From: Eledone cirrhosa
Lineage: Eukaryota
Assembly: GCA_964016885.1 (NCBI GenBank)
Contig: OZ024742.1
Location: forward strand, 19,592,001-19,656,000
DNA: 64,000 bases
Direction of reading: 5' to 3'
Shown: positions 27,904 through 39,045 of the stretch, in pieces
Layout of the letters: each line of letters opens with the position of its first letter
Position numbering within the stretch: position 1 is the stretch's first letter
Notes under the pieces: model-generated
The model's database searches: none
What the model was told of the DNA's origin: nothing
Seen by the model: the letters and a program-made list of their open reading frames with translations, nothing else
Made by a program: the position numbers and the translations under genes

Positions 27904-28718
27904 TATTACAGTATAGAGTGGACTGGATTCTTTCTGTCGTGACCCCAGCACTATTACAGTATAGGGTGGGCTAGATTCTTTCTGTCGTGGCCTCAACTCT
28001 ATTACAGTATAGAGTGGACTGGATTCTTTCTGTCATGACCCCAACTCTGTTACAGTATAGAGTGGACTGGATTCTTTCTGTTGTGGCCCCAACTCTATTA
28101 CAGTATAGAGTGGACTGGATTCTTTCTGTCATGACCCCAACTCTGTTACAGTATAGATTGGACTGGATTCTTTCTGTTGTGACCCCCAACTCTATTACAG
28201 TATAGAGTGGACTGGATTCTTTCTGTCGTGACCCCAGCTCTATTACAGTATAGAGTGGACTGGGTTATTTCTGTCGTGACCCCAGCTCTATTACAGTATA
28301 GAGTGGACTGGATTCTTTCTGTTGTGACCCCAACTCTATTACAGTATAGATTGGACTGGATTCTTTCTGTTGTGACCCCAACTCTATTACAGTATAGGGT
28401 GGACTGGGTTATTTCTGTCGTGACCCCAGCACTATTACAGTATAGGGTGGACTAGATTATTTCTGTCGTGACCCCAGCACTATTACAGTATAGAGTGGAC
28501 TGGGTTATTTCTGTCGTGACCCAGCACTATTACAGTATAGGGTGGACTAGATTCTTTCTGTCGTGACCCAGCACTATTACAGTATAGGGTGGACTAGATT
28601 CTTTCTGTCGTGGCCCAGCACTATTACAGTATAGGGTGGACTAGATTCTTTCTGTCGTGACCCAGCACTATTACAGTATAGGGTGGACTAGATTCTTTCT
28701 GTCGTGACCCAGCACTGT
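27903..28718. repeat. 48/47-bp minisatellite, about 17 copies
   Basis: CTATTACAGTATAGAGTGGACTGGATTCTTTCTGTCGTGACCCCAGCA. Confidence 0.95.
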
Positions 28719-29180
28719 GAATGAGTAGGTGTGGAGCTTATCCGTCTTTCTACATATACATGCATGGGTTGTATAGGAAATATTTATAAGGGATGTGGAA
28801 GGCTTTTGGAGTATAACCTCATCATCGTTAAACATCTATTTCCCCTAACAGATGGTAGATGATGCTCTGAGTCTAGGCCGAACTGGAGGCCGCATAGTAC
28901 ATGCATTCGGCCAGATGTCTTTCGGAGCCCTAAATAATCAATTTATCTTGGTTCATTGTCGGGCATATGCGGCCTATCGTTGAGGTGGGGTAGAAGACTG
29001 CTTCTCTGGGGGCGATTGTTCGATTTTGGAAGTAGGATTGGTGTTAGGACCAAGGAAGGATACTGAGATAATCAGGTAGGGGAGGGGATGGAGAAAGTGA
29101 ATGGGGGGTTACTTAGACAATGAGGATGTGACGGGAGAGTATGGGGGTGATTGTTCATATATATATATATATATATATAT

Positions 29181-29374
29181 AGGAAAAAGTATGACCCCGA
29201 CGGCAGAGCTCAAGCCGTTTCGACGGCTATTTCCGGAGTCCAGAAATAGCTGTCGAAACGACTTGAGCTCTGCCGTCGGGGTCATACTTTTTCCTATTTC
29301 TCACTCTACTACCCTAAGTATTGAGTACTCTGGTGCGTTATGGTCCATCTGGTTCCTTACCACATTTCCTTTGT
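29181..29374. mobile_element. Hairpin insertion, family A
   Basis: Same layout as 22439. Confidence 0.85.
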
Positions 29375-29819
29375 ATATATATATATATATATATATATAC
29401 ATACATGTGGTTGACAAATGAGAGTGAGGAGTACTCAATATACTGAAATAGAATTTTAGTATTCATTTTATTAAGGCTAAATAGTGAGTTTTGTTACTCT
29501 GGAGTTTCGTCAGTTTATCACGGGGTCATCAAGCAGTTCTTGTCTGATTACCCCGTCATAAATTTATATATAGACACACACAGACACACACAGAGACACA
29601 CACGCGCGCACGTACATATATATATATATATATATTCACACATACATATATACATATAGGGTTTTTATGCATACACGCGTACACACACAGACACACATAC
29701 ATATACATACCTGTTAGTTCTTTCGTTACTTTGGTATTGTGTGATTGGGTTTTGCCTACCGCAATGTTCAATTTGTCAAGCTATTTAAGCGTATGTTATT
29801 ACTCTCAGGACCTAAACAC

Positions 29820-30006
29820 GGCGGTGGACTGGCAGTATCGGCAGGGTCGGACGCCATGCTTTGACGCATAGAGTTACGACCCTTGCCATTCTGAGTTCAA
29901 ATTTCGCCGAGGTTAACTTTGCCTTTCATCCTTATGGGGTCGATAAAATAAAGTACCAGTAATGCACTGGGTATTTGCTGGCCTTGTGCCAAAAGTAGAA
30001 ACAGTT
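29820..30006 (+). mobile_element. tRNA-derived SINE, full length
   Basis: GGCGGTGGACTGGCAGTATCGG...GAGTTCAAAT...GTGCCAAAAGTAGAAAC. Confidence 0.85.
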
Positions 30007-30112
30007 ATTACTCTAAGGACCTACCCTCATTGAGTGCTTTGCTACACATTCCTTATTGTAGGTCGACTTTGCTTGGCCACAGCCAAAGCTTAGATTTTAT
30101 TAAGCTTCCACT

Positions 30113-30168
<56 letters not shown>

Positions 30169-30399
30169 CACACATTATATATATATATATATATATATAT
30201 AATGTGTGTATATATATATATATATAATGTGTATATATGTCTGTGTCTGTATGTGTGTGCACCAAAATAGACAGCCATACATGGAGAGGGTGAGATTAAA
30301 AAAACGACAAAAATGCTGGGGGTGGTCGAATAACCGACATAAAATATTGAGAACAATCTGAAGGTCATAGTAGTAGAGTTAAGGGGATAGAGACAGGAA

Positions 30400-30900
30400 G
30401 TGGTGGTAGTAGTGGAGTGGTGGTGGTGTTGGTGGTGTTGAGGTGGTGGTAGTGGTAGTGATGTAGTTGTGGTGGTGGTGATGTAGTTGTGGTGGTGGCG
30501 GTAGTGGTGGTGGTGATGGTTGTGGGGTGATGGTAGTGGTGGTGATGGTGTTAGTTGGTGTTGGTGTTGGTGGTGCTGGTGGTGGAGGTGGTGGTGGTGG
30601 TGTTGGAGTTAGTAGTGGTGGTGATGGTGGTAGTGGCGGTTGTGGTAGTGGTGGTGGTGGTGGTGGTAGTGGTGGTGGTAGTAGTGTTCGTAGTGTTGGT
30701 GGTGGTGGTGTTAGTGGTGCTGGTAGTGGTGCTGGTGGTGGTGGTGGTGGTGGTAGTGGTAATGGTGGTGGTGGTAGTGGTAGTGGTAGTGGTGATGGAG
30801 GTGTTGGTGGTGGTAGTGGTAATGGTGGTGGTGATGGTGGAGGTGGTGGTGGTAGTGCTAGCGGTGGTGGTGGTGGTAGTGGTAGTGGTGGTGGTGGTGA
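30400..30900. repeat. (GGT)n low-complexity tract
   Basis: Direct reading. Confidence 0.95.
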
Positions 30901-31056
30901 TATCAGTTCGTCGGTATGCATACATATGAATGTAAGTATATACACACATACATTCATGGATACATTTATACATACATCATACATATACATACATTTACAC
31001 CTACAAACAGACATTAATATATATACATACACACACTCACATACATACACACACCT

Positions 31057-31096
<40 letters not shown>

Positions 31097-31151
31097 GTAT
31101 ATATATATATATGTACCAACCTATAATTTTGTAGAATGTAAGAGTAACAAT

Positions 31152-31183
<32 letters not shown>

Positions 31184-31614
31184 CATGAATACATACATGA
31201 ATGCATGGTGGCTGCCAACTCGTTTTCGAGTACGGCCACTACTTTATACCCCTACCGAAGCGCTGAACGAGTGTGACTTTTTAGTCCAGCCAGCGACTTG
31301 AAAACTCTGGTACAAACACTACACTTGTGACAATTATTGACACATAGTGCTGGGCCCATGGTACCATGTGACGACAAGTGCAGGGAGATCTCCAGATATA
31401 AAGCAATGCCTGTGCCGTGAAGCTTTTATAGTGAGCAAAGGCACTGCACAAAGCCAGTCCCACTCTCTTAACCAAGATGATATTTACCAAAAAGAAGAAC
31501 AAGTCAACATCATTGGATACCATCAGGGTTGCAGGTGTTATATCAGAGTTTTCCTTCTCCTAGAATTCTGCCTTGACAAAGGCTAAGGGGTCATCTCTCC
31601 CGGTGATTTTGGAT

Positions 31615-31912
31615 GGTTGGAATCTCCTGGATAGTCACTATCCAGGAGATTCCAACCAGAATGGTTGCATTTTTTCAGGGTATTTCAATATTTATTTATA
31701 AAACTAACCTATATTATATTATCGGATGAAAGCGCACCATAGTTTACCTTGGTGGCCCTTGAAATATGTATAATTAAAATAAATATGGTTTTATAAATAT
31801 AGTTTCCATTTGTTAATATATTGTATATTTACTCCAATAATTTGTTGAGTGCTTTATATCAGTTATAAAAATATTTTGCTTCTTGTATCCCAACAAATTA
31901 AATATAACCTCT

Positions 31913-31915
<3 letters not shown>
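31615..31915 (+). mobile_element. PLE-terminus, family H, with small 5' hairpin
   Basis: Homologous to 36478-36770 and 37365-37555. HHR core mutated to CGGATGA. Confidence 0.75.
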
Positions 31916-32004
<89 letters not shown>

Positions 32005-32007
<3 letters not shown>

Positions 32008-32204
32008 AAAACAGTCAGGACATCGACGGCCGGCTGAGCTTCCGGCCGTATCGACAGCTAGATCCGAACTGGATCTAGCTGTCGATACGGCTGGAGCTCA
32101 GCCGTCGGGGTCCTGACTCTTTTCCTATTACCCACTCTACTACCCTAAGTATCGAGTACTCTGGTGCGTTATGGTCCACCTGGTTCCACCAGACTTTCTT
32201 TGTT
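32005..32204. mobile_element. Hairpin insertion, family A subfamily
   Basis: Variant arm GGATCTAGCTGTCGATACGGCTGGAGCTC with the same tail. Confidence 0.8.
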
Positions 32205-32220
32205 ATATATATATATATAT

Positions 32221-32941
32221 TTCGTTTCTGAATTTGTTTCGCAAGATTCTTTATCTGAAAACGTGTGTTGAAACCGATATTGTTATGCTTTGGGAGGGTC
32301 ATGTTGCCAATAAGAAACACACGCACCAGTTGCTTTCACTTCAATTTATTATAAATTAAATTTATAAATTTAGGAATTTATAAATTTCCGGTTGGTTGGT
32401 TGGTTCCACAACCAGATGATTGTTCATATATTGTCAAAGTTCTTTCGTCACACATTCTGTGACCTCTTCAGTTGTTTGTTCTGTGTGTGTGTGTGTTTTC
32501 ATTTTGTCCTTAGTTGTAAGTTGTGATGTTGCTATGATGTTGCTATTTTGTAAGTTGTGATGTTGCTATTCCATTCATGTAGCAACATCATATCTTACAA
32601 TTAAGGACAAAATGAAAACACACACACATAGAACAAACAACCAACCAGTAACATGTAAATAAACAAATAAATAAACAAATATAAACACACACAGACACCC
32701 GGATGTAACACATGCGCAAACTAAACACAAAGGAGAGGCACAAAAACAAAGAAAAATCCCCAGTCGCTGAAGAGGTCACAGAATGTGTGACAAAGAACTT
32801 TGACAATAAATGAACAATCGTCTGGTTGTGGAACCAACCAACCAACCGGAAATTTATAAATTTAATTTATAATAAATTGAAGTGAAAGCAACTGGTGCGT
32901 GTGTTTCTTATTGGCAACATGACCCTCCCAAAGCATAACAA
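32221..32941. mobile_element. Head-to-head pLTR pair of an MTLPK-type PLE
   Basis: Both arms run outward into ATGACCCTCCCAAAGCATAAC (MTLPKHNN...), homologous to the ORF start at 570. Confidence 0.85.
32431..32474 (-). ncRNA. Minimal hammerhead; mirror 32763-32804 lacks one G of GAAA
   Basis: CTGAAGA-G-GTCACA-GAATG-TGTGAC-GAAA-GAAC-TT-TGAC. Stem I GTCG/TGAC in the plus copy. Confidence 0.75.
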
Positions 32942-32959
32942 TATATATATATATATATA

Positions 32960-33686
32960 ATAAGGAGTTGACGGACCCATCATATTTATCAATGCCAGGA
33001 CCGGTTGTATCTCAGCGTACTCCATGGGCAATGTAAGATACATTCCCAGTGTATACTCATAGTTATTCGCTTCAATACAACACACGTAAAACGGGTGACT
33101 ATAATAGTTCCCGGACTCGAGTTTCGGCCACACTTAATGCAGCAGTAAGGTGCACTGCATCCTCTGTCTGCATATATTATGCAACAATGCATAATCGGCG
33201 TATGTGGGCTTCATCAGCGGGTGTCGCCTAATCAATAACCAATCGATCGACAGAATCCAAACCCCAGCCCATGCCGGCTATGACTTTGTGACAGCCGACA
33301 CGGTAAAGTGATTAGCAACTGGAATCCGATACAATTCTGTCCCTCGACTAGCCACCAATTTACAAACTTTACGTGGTGGCGGGGGAATATAAAACAAATC
33401 TTTTCGTTCCTGTCAAAGCCTTCAGCCAACGTGTCTCACAGACAAATTAATAAGTGAAAAGATGGTTATTAAAAATAGCAGTCCCACATAGATGTATAAT
33501 AGAATGGTAGTGGTAGCATTCGACTCATGTCTCCAAGTCCCATGGCTAGAGGAAAGCGATAGTAACAATGGTAGTGCCAAGAACCTTAACGGACATTAAA
33601 TGCCAGTATCTATTATAGAGCGATATATAGTAGCGAGCTGGAATGCGGCAGCCGCGTGCATAAACCAGTCTATTTCACAACACTTA
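32960..33686 (-). mobile_element. TA-flanked non-coding insertion, family L
   Basis: Bounded by TA tracts. Contains an expanded HHR and the GAGTAC motif. Confidence 0.65.
33110..33221 (-). ncRNA. Hammerhead with expanded stem II, family L
   Basis: CCCG-CTGATGA-A-GCCCACAT-[ATTATGCA/TGCATAAT and ATGCAG/CTGCAT hairpins]-GTGTGGCC-GAAA-CTCGAG-TC-CGGG. Confidence 0.78.
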
Positions 33687-33698
33687 TATATATATATA

Positions 33699-34272
33699 AA
33701 GGTAAAGGTAAAGGCACATATAGTAAAGGCACATATAGTAAGTACAGTGAATTTTTTGAAATTTATTTGAAAATGTTTTCTTTATTTGCTTTTCCTTGAT
33801 TTTATATGTTATGGCTTGTTAATTTATTAACTTGCCATTGAACCACACTTGCATACGGTCGGACTTTACTTGTATCCCTATGTGTATTATTTACATGTAG
33901 GAACACATACTTTTATTATTATTCTCCCCAACGGTAGAGAAACCTTTGGTCATTTGAACGGCTGCTATTTTTAGTAGCGAGAGATTGACCTGTCCACCTA
34001 GCTTTCAGTCTTTGCACACGGTACTAGACAAAATTGTTTCATCATTCATTTGTTGGGGCAGTTTTGTATGGCGCCAGTTTGTATTTTGAACTCGGGAATC
34101 TTATATTCTCCAAGAGAGAAAAGCATTCTGACGAGGATCTCTTTCTCAATGGAAACCCGCTTGGATTATCTATTTGTTTTGGGATCTGAAACCGCGGTAA
34201 AGGCACATATAGTAAGTACAGTGAATTTTTTGAAATTTATTTTAAAATGTTTTCTTTATTTGCTTTTCCTTG

Positions 34273-34278
<6 letters not shown>
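33699..34278 (+). mobile_element. Non-coding partial-tandem element (retrozyme-like), family M
   Basis: ~80-bp direct repeat at 33723-33806 and 34197-34278, TA-flanked, HHR at the repeat junction. Confidence 0.75.
34123..34204 (+). ncRNA. Type I hammerhead, family M
   Basis: GCATT-CTGACGA-GGATCTC-[~40 nt]-GGGATCT-GAAA-CCGCGG-TA-AAGGC. Confidence 0.75.
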
Positions 34279-34324
<46 letters not shown>

Positions 34325-34327
<3 letters not shown>

Positions 34328-35753
34328 ATAATAAATTTGAAGACTAAAATCCAAAGAGGGCTCGATAAGGATAAATATATATCAAATATATAAGAACCGT
34401 AGAGCAAATATTTATTAAAATAACAGATTAAAGTTTAAGCAAAGAATCGCTGCTTTCACCCTTAACGGGATCTTCTGAAACTAAAAAAATCAATCTGTGA
34501 ATGCAGAAATATTTCGAAAAACGTTGCAACCGAAGGAAGACAGAAAGACGATACTTTTGTTCGTGGAAACGTTCCCTGGCAAAGAACGAAGAAAAAAAAC
34601 GAAGATAATACGTCATTATTTGGAACGTAGAAAACAATTACACGCAAAGACAAAACCACGTTTATGGGAATTCTTCCTTGATAGAGAAAAGAAGGAAAAG
34701 GCCGATAAGATCAGTAACCTCTGCAGAATCACTGGCGCCCATACTCACATCGAATGGGGGTACTATTAGATTTTTTTATCCAAATAGAGTCGAAATTAAT
34801 CACCGACTTACGGGCATTGAGGATGACATCAACTTCGAAATCCTTAACCACCGTGAGCGTTTTAGCGAAATTGATAGCTCTAAGAAGAAGTGGTAAAGTG
34901 ATGGAGGAGTAGTAGTTATTGATGTCAAATTGGATAAAACGGCAATGTTCCTTGTTGCATATGCCATTGAACCAATCAATCACCGCGAAAGAATTGTTCC
35001 ACAGTGCAAGAGGGGCGAAGCTTCTAATTTCAGGTATAATTCTATCTAAATTCCTTTTACTAAGTCTACCTAAATCGGACTTCGTAGGGTTAATAAGCCG
35101 AATAGAGGGGTTGTTCGGGAAATTGGATTTGTGACTCTTCAGGGTAAAGTGGGGAGAAATAGGGTCCAGAGGTTCAGTTCGGTCCTGGATGTTGAGATCA
35201 AAGGTGATTTTAAACCCAGCATCGCTGATGTCATTAATGACACTCCGATTAGTTTTACGGTAATACTTAGTTACAGCATTATGTAGCAGTTGATGGTAAG
35301 TACTGCGCTCAACTTGATATAGATTGCCAGCTTTGTCGGAGTGGACGTGCACGGCATTAGAATCCTCAATAGAACGAATTCTATTCTTCAGGTCCTGCTG
35401 GAAGGAATTGCTCCTATTCCGAAATTTATACTCCGTATGAGTTCCAAGACATCCTTTTCGAAGGGTAGCAATGCTGGGTTACACGGAGGGTTATTATAGG
35501 TTTTAAACCCAAATTTATCCTGTTTGTTGTCTGCTTTTCGCTGATTATCGAAATAAAAGGCACGCCAACGCAACCTTTTAATGAACGAGTCTGTTTTCTG
35601 TATCAGGAGTTTCAGGTATTTCGTCGTGCTTGGTACGGGTATGTTCTTTGTAGAAATATTCAGATGTTGTTTCTGCATGATGAATATAAGTCAATAGAGT
35701 GCTCAACCGAGGGAGCCAAATAGTAATAATAATAAATTTATTGGTCGTTTTGG

Positions 35754-35756
<3 letters not shown>
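34325..35756 (-). mobile_element. Internally deleted PLE of a second type (possibly Hydra-clade-like)
   Basis: Frameshifted ORF 35678-34729 (STKNIPVPS...FIKRLRWRAFYF; SDKAGNLY; RLINPTKSDLG; FIQFDINNYYSSI), then a 3' UTR with an HHR-like fold. Clade label is inferred. Confidence 0.8.
34433..34481 (-). ncRNA. Hammerhead-like fold with CAGAAGA core; second copy 19913-19961 on plus
   Basis: GTTT-CAGAAGA-T-CCC-GTTAA-GGG-T-GAAA-GCA-loop-TGC-TT-AAAC. Confidence 0.6.
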
Positions 35757-35811
<55 letters not shown>

Positions 35812-35814
<3 letters not shown>

Positions 35815-36272
35815 GGAGGTGAGTTTTATTGTAGTACAATAAAGCAATGCAGATATCGGATAAGAAGCACTCTACAATTTGTAGGACTGGAGTATAAATA
35901 ATATATAAGATCAAAAGATGGTTAAAAGAGTTCCATGTATTTTATTATGCGCATTTCAAAAACAAATATCATCATGCAATAACATTTGCGTTTTCGTCAG
36001 ATAAAATAGGGAGACATATGAAGGTTAAAATACACTTGTGAATAGTGCAGTTTTAAATCAACATATGTTGATATGTTGATTTAAAACTACACTATTCTGA
36101 TTTAAAACTGCACTAAACTGATTTAAAACTGCACTATTCACAAGTGCATTTTAACCTTCATATCATGTCTCCCTATTTTATCTGACGAAAACGCAAATGT
36201 TATTGCATGATGATATTTGTTTTTGAAATGCGCATAATAAAGTACATGGAACTCATTTAACCATCTTTTGAT

Positions 36273-36277
<5 letters not shown>
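35812..36277. mobile_element. Hairpin insertion, family O
   Basis: Arms about 35903-36060 / 36119-36277, one HHR each. Confidence 0.85.
36174..36244 (+). ncRNA. Type I hammerhead, family O (mirror about 35938-36008)
   Basis: TTTAT-CTGACGA-AAACGCAAATGTTA-loop-TGATATTTGTTTTT-GAAA-TGCGCA-TA-ATAAA. Confidence 0.82.
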
Positions 36278-36366
<89 letters not shown>

Positions 36367-36494
36367 GAGGTTAGATTTAATTTGTTGGGATTCAACAAGC
36401 TTAAACATTTTTATAACTGAATAAAGCACTCAACAAGTTAGTGGAGTAAATATAGAATATATTAATAAATGGAAATATTTATAAAACAAATCTG

Positions 36495-36560
36495 TATTTT
36501 ATCTGATGAAAGCGCACCACAATTTACCTTGGTCGCCCTTGAAATATATATAATAAAATA
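36495..36560 (+). ncRNA. Type I hammerhead, family H
   Basis: TATTTTAT-CTGATGA-AAGCGCACCA-loop-TGGTCGCCCTT-GAAA-TATATA-TA-ATAAAATA. Confidence 0.85.
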
Positions 36561-36562
36561 AT

Positions 36563-36645
36563 CGTTTCTACTTTAGGCACAAGGCCAGCAATTACCCAGT
36601 ACATTACTGGTACTTTATTTTATCGACCCCGTAAGGATGAAAGGC
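36563..36645 (-). mobile_element. 5'-truncated SINE with target-site duplication
   Basis: AATAAAATAAT at 36552-36562 and 36646-36656. Confidence 0.85.
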
Positions 36646-37565
36646 AATAAAATAATAGTTTCCATTTATTAATATATTGTATATTTACTCACTAAATTGT
36701 TGAGTGCTTTATATCAGTTATAAACATGTTTAAGCTTGTTGAATCCCAACAAATTAAATATAACCTCTGCATATATTTAGCTCCTTTATTGTTGAGCACT
36801 TTAAATTATAACTGATTAAAAATGGAATTCTTTAAGATCTCTTCTTCTCTAAAAGACATACCTTTACCTAAGAATAAGGACTTTCTAAAACAACTTATTG
36901 AAAAATTGAAAAAGAAGACTTAGATGGCGTGCTTTTCATTTTGATAAAAAATCTGATGGAAAAGAAAATATTTCCAATCTTGATGGAATCTTCAAATCCA
37001 AAAAGAATCCATCTTCCAACAAATTATTAATGGCATTTGAAAATGAGATTATTTCTATCATACAAAACATAAAATTTAAGAAAAATCATTTTGTAGGCCA
37101 GGATTACCTCAAATGTCTCAAAAATAATATAAAAAATTTTGAAAGAATGGAAAAAATTCTTGTTAAATCGGATAAAACCACCAATCTTTACGGAATGCAA
37201 AAGGACATTTATAACGATCTTATATTAAAGGAATTAAGGAACAATTACAAAAGAGCAGCCAATGACGACCTTGAACGACTAAATACTGAAGCTTCTAATA
37301 TAATGCAAGAAGTAGGCATCGAAAATAAGACTCAACCCTTCATACCTAGCAAACCAAAAATTAATTGACTATCCAGCGAATTTCAACAGTTGAGGTTGTC
37401 TTTTTTCCGGGTATGTCAATATTTATTTATAAAACAAATCTGTATTTTATCTCATGAAAGCGCACCATAATTTACCTTGGTCGCCCTTGAAATATATATA
37501 ATAAAATAATTATAGTTTTATAAATATAGTTTCTATTTATTAATATATTGTATATATATATATAA

Positions 37566-37675
<110 letters not shown>

Positions 37676-37730
37676 ATTATCGCTAAATACTGATGTTGGT
37701 TAGATTATCAATATTAGTATTATTGGGGCA

Positions 37731-37857
37731 CCCACTGATGAATTATAGGAGCCCACTTGAATATATATCTATTGATGGTATACAAGCTCCTACATAAATT
37801 GGTATAATTTCACCCAAATTGTAGGAATCCTATAATGAAACGAGACGTCCGTCTGGG
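37731..37857 (+). ncRNA. Hammerhead with expanded stem II, family J
   Basis: CCCA-CTGATGA-ATTATAGGA-[two hairpins]-TCCTATAAT-GAAA-CG-A-GACGTC-CG-TC-TGGG, inside the TA-flanked insertion 37672-38033. Confidence 0.82.
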
Positions 37858-38028
37858 AAGAGATATATTCGATATGTCTCATATGAAATAATACAGTCAA
37901 TTTTCCACGTAATACATTTAGTTAGCACCCCGAACGCTTAATTAGGAATATACTCACTTATTTCCTAATGTTTGTTGAGTAGGTTGGAATTTGGCCGGAG
38001 TATCGCTAAAAAGCTTTCTCCGATAATG

Positions 38029-38109
<81 letters not shown>

Positions 38110-38672
38110 AGTATTACTTCACTTGTAGTTCTAAAAAATTTAATTTAATTTCATAATATGATTTTACAATTTGGTTTTGTAGATCTAGTAAGTTCTTTGT
38201 TTACTTCAGTGGGGAGATTTTTTAAGATTCCTGACCAATAAAAGAGATAAAGATAATTTACAAACCGCTACGTTGTGATAAAAAATATAAAAAATATGTC
38301 AGTTATGCCATACCAGTGTGGATGGTATCAGTCACATCTTGAGCTGCACCCCCCGCATTTTACACTCACACATACACACAGACACATACACATACACACA
38401 CACTCACACTTCACACACATACACATACCCCCCCCCCACAAACACATATACAAGGTACAATCTCCCGTGATAACTGTTACACACCCAAAGATGTGGTACA
38501 GTTCTCTACCGCAACAGAACACCAGATATGTAGAATATCTAAGCCACATCTACAGCTGCTGCCTCTCCCCTCACACACACACACATACACACACACTCAT
38601 ATACACACACAAAAGCTAAACGTTCCCGTTGTGTTACATACCCAAGGAACAGAACACCAGATATGTGGAAAA

Positions 38673-39045
38673 TAATTGTTTTTACTTTTGGCACAAGGCC
38701 AGCAATTATCCCAGTGTATTACTGGTACTTTATTTTATCGACCCCGTAAGGATGAAAGGCAAAGTTAACCTCGGCGGGATTTGAACTCAGACCATAAAGG
38801 GCCATAACTCTTTGGTGCAAAGCATGGCCTCAGACCCTCTACCGATACTACCTAATAATTGTTTCTACTTTTGGCACAAGGCCAGCAATTACCCAGTACA
38901 TGACTGGTACTTTATTTTATCGACCCCGTAAGGATGAAAGGCAAAGTTAACCCCGGCGGGATTTGAACTCAGAATGGAAAGGGCCGTAACTCTATGCGTC
39001 AAAGCATGGCGTCCGACCCTCTACCGATACTGCCAATCCACCGCC
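38673..39045 (-). mobile_element. Two tandem tRNA-derived SINEs
   Basis: 38673-38850 and 38855-39045, same family as 11851. Confidence 0.85.

Larger units (their letters stand above)
36362..37555 (+). mobile_element. Internally deleted PLE, family H: inverted arm + pLTR + ORF start + pLTR
   Basis: 36362-36475 is the inverse of 36658-36772. Direct repeats at 36478-36690 and 37426-37555. ORF remnant from ATG 36822 (SLKDIPLP...RRLRWRAFHF...SDKTTNLY) to about 37366. Confidence 0.85.

Noticed and set aside
26751-28718. Regular repeats that could be mistaken for CRISPR arrays (also 13169-13832)
   Set aside because: Contiguous tandem units without unique spacers, no cas genes, eukaryotic context.
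29820-29910. tRNA genes
   Set aside because: The A/B boxes belong to SINE heads continuous with SINE cores; no complete cloverleaf seen.
31340-31590. Possible host exon (79-aa ORF); similar unique-looking patches near 7760-7920, 25330-25410 and 53950-54130
   Set aside because: No recognisable domain and no supportable splice structure.
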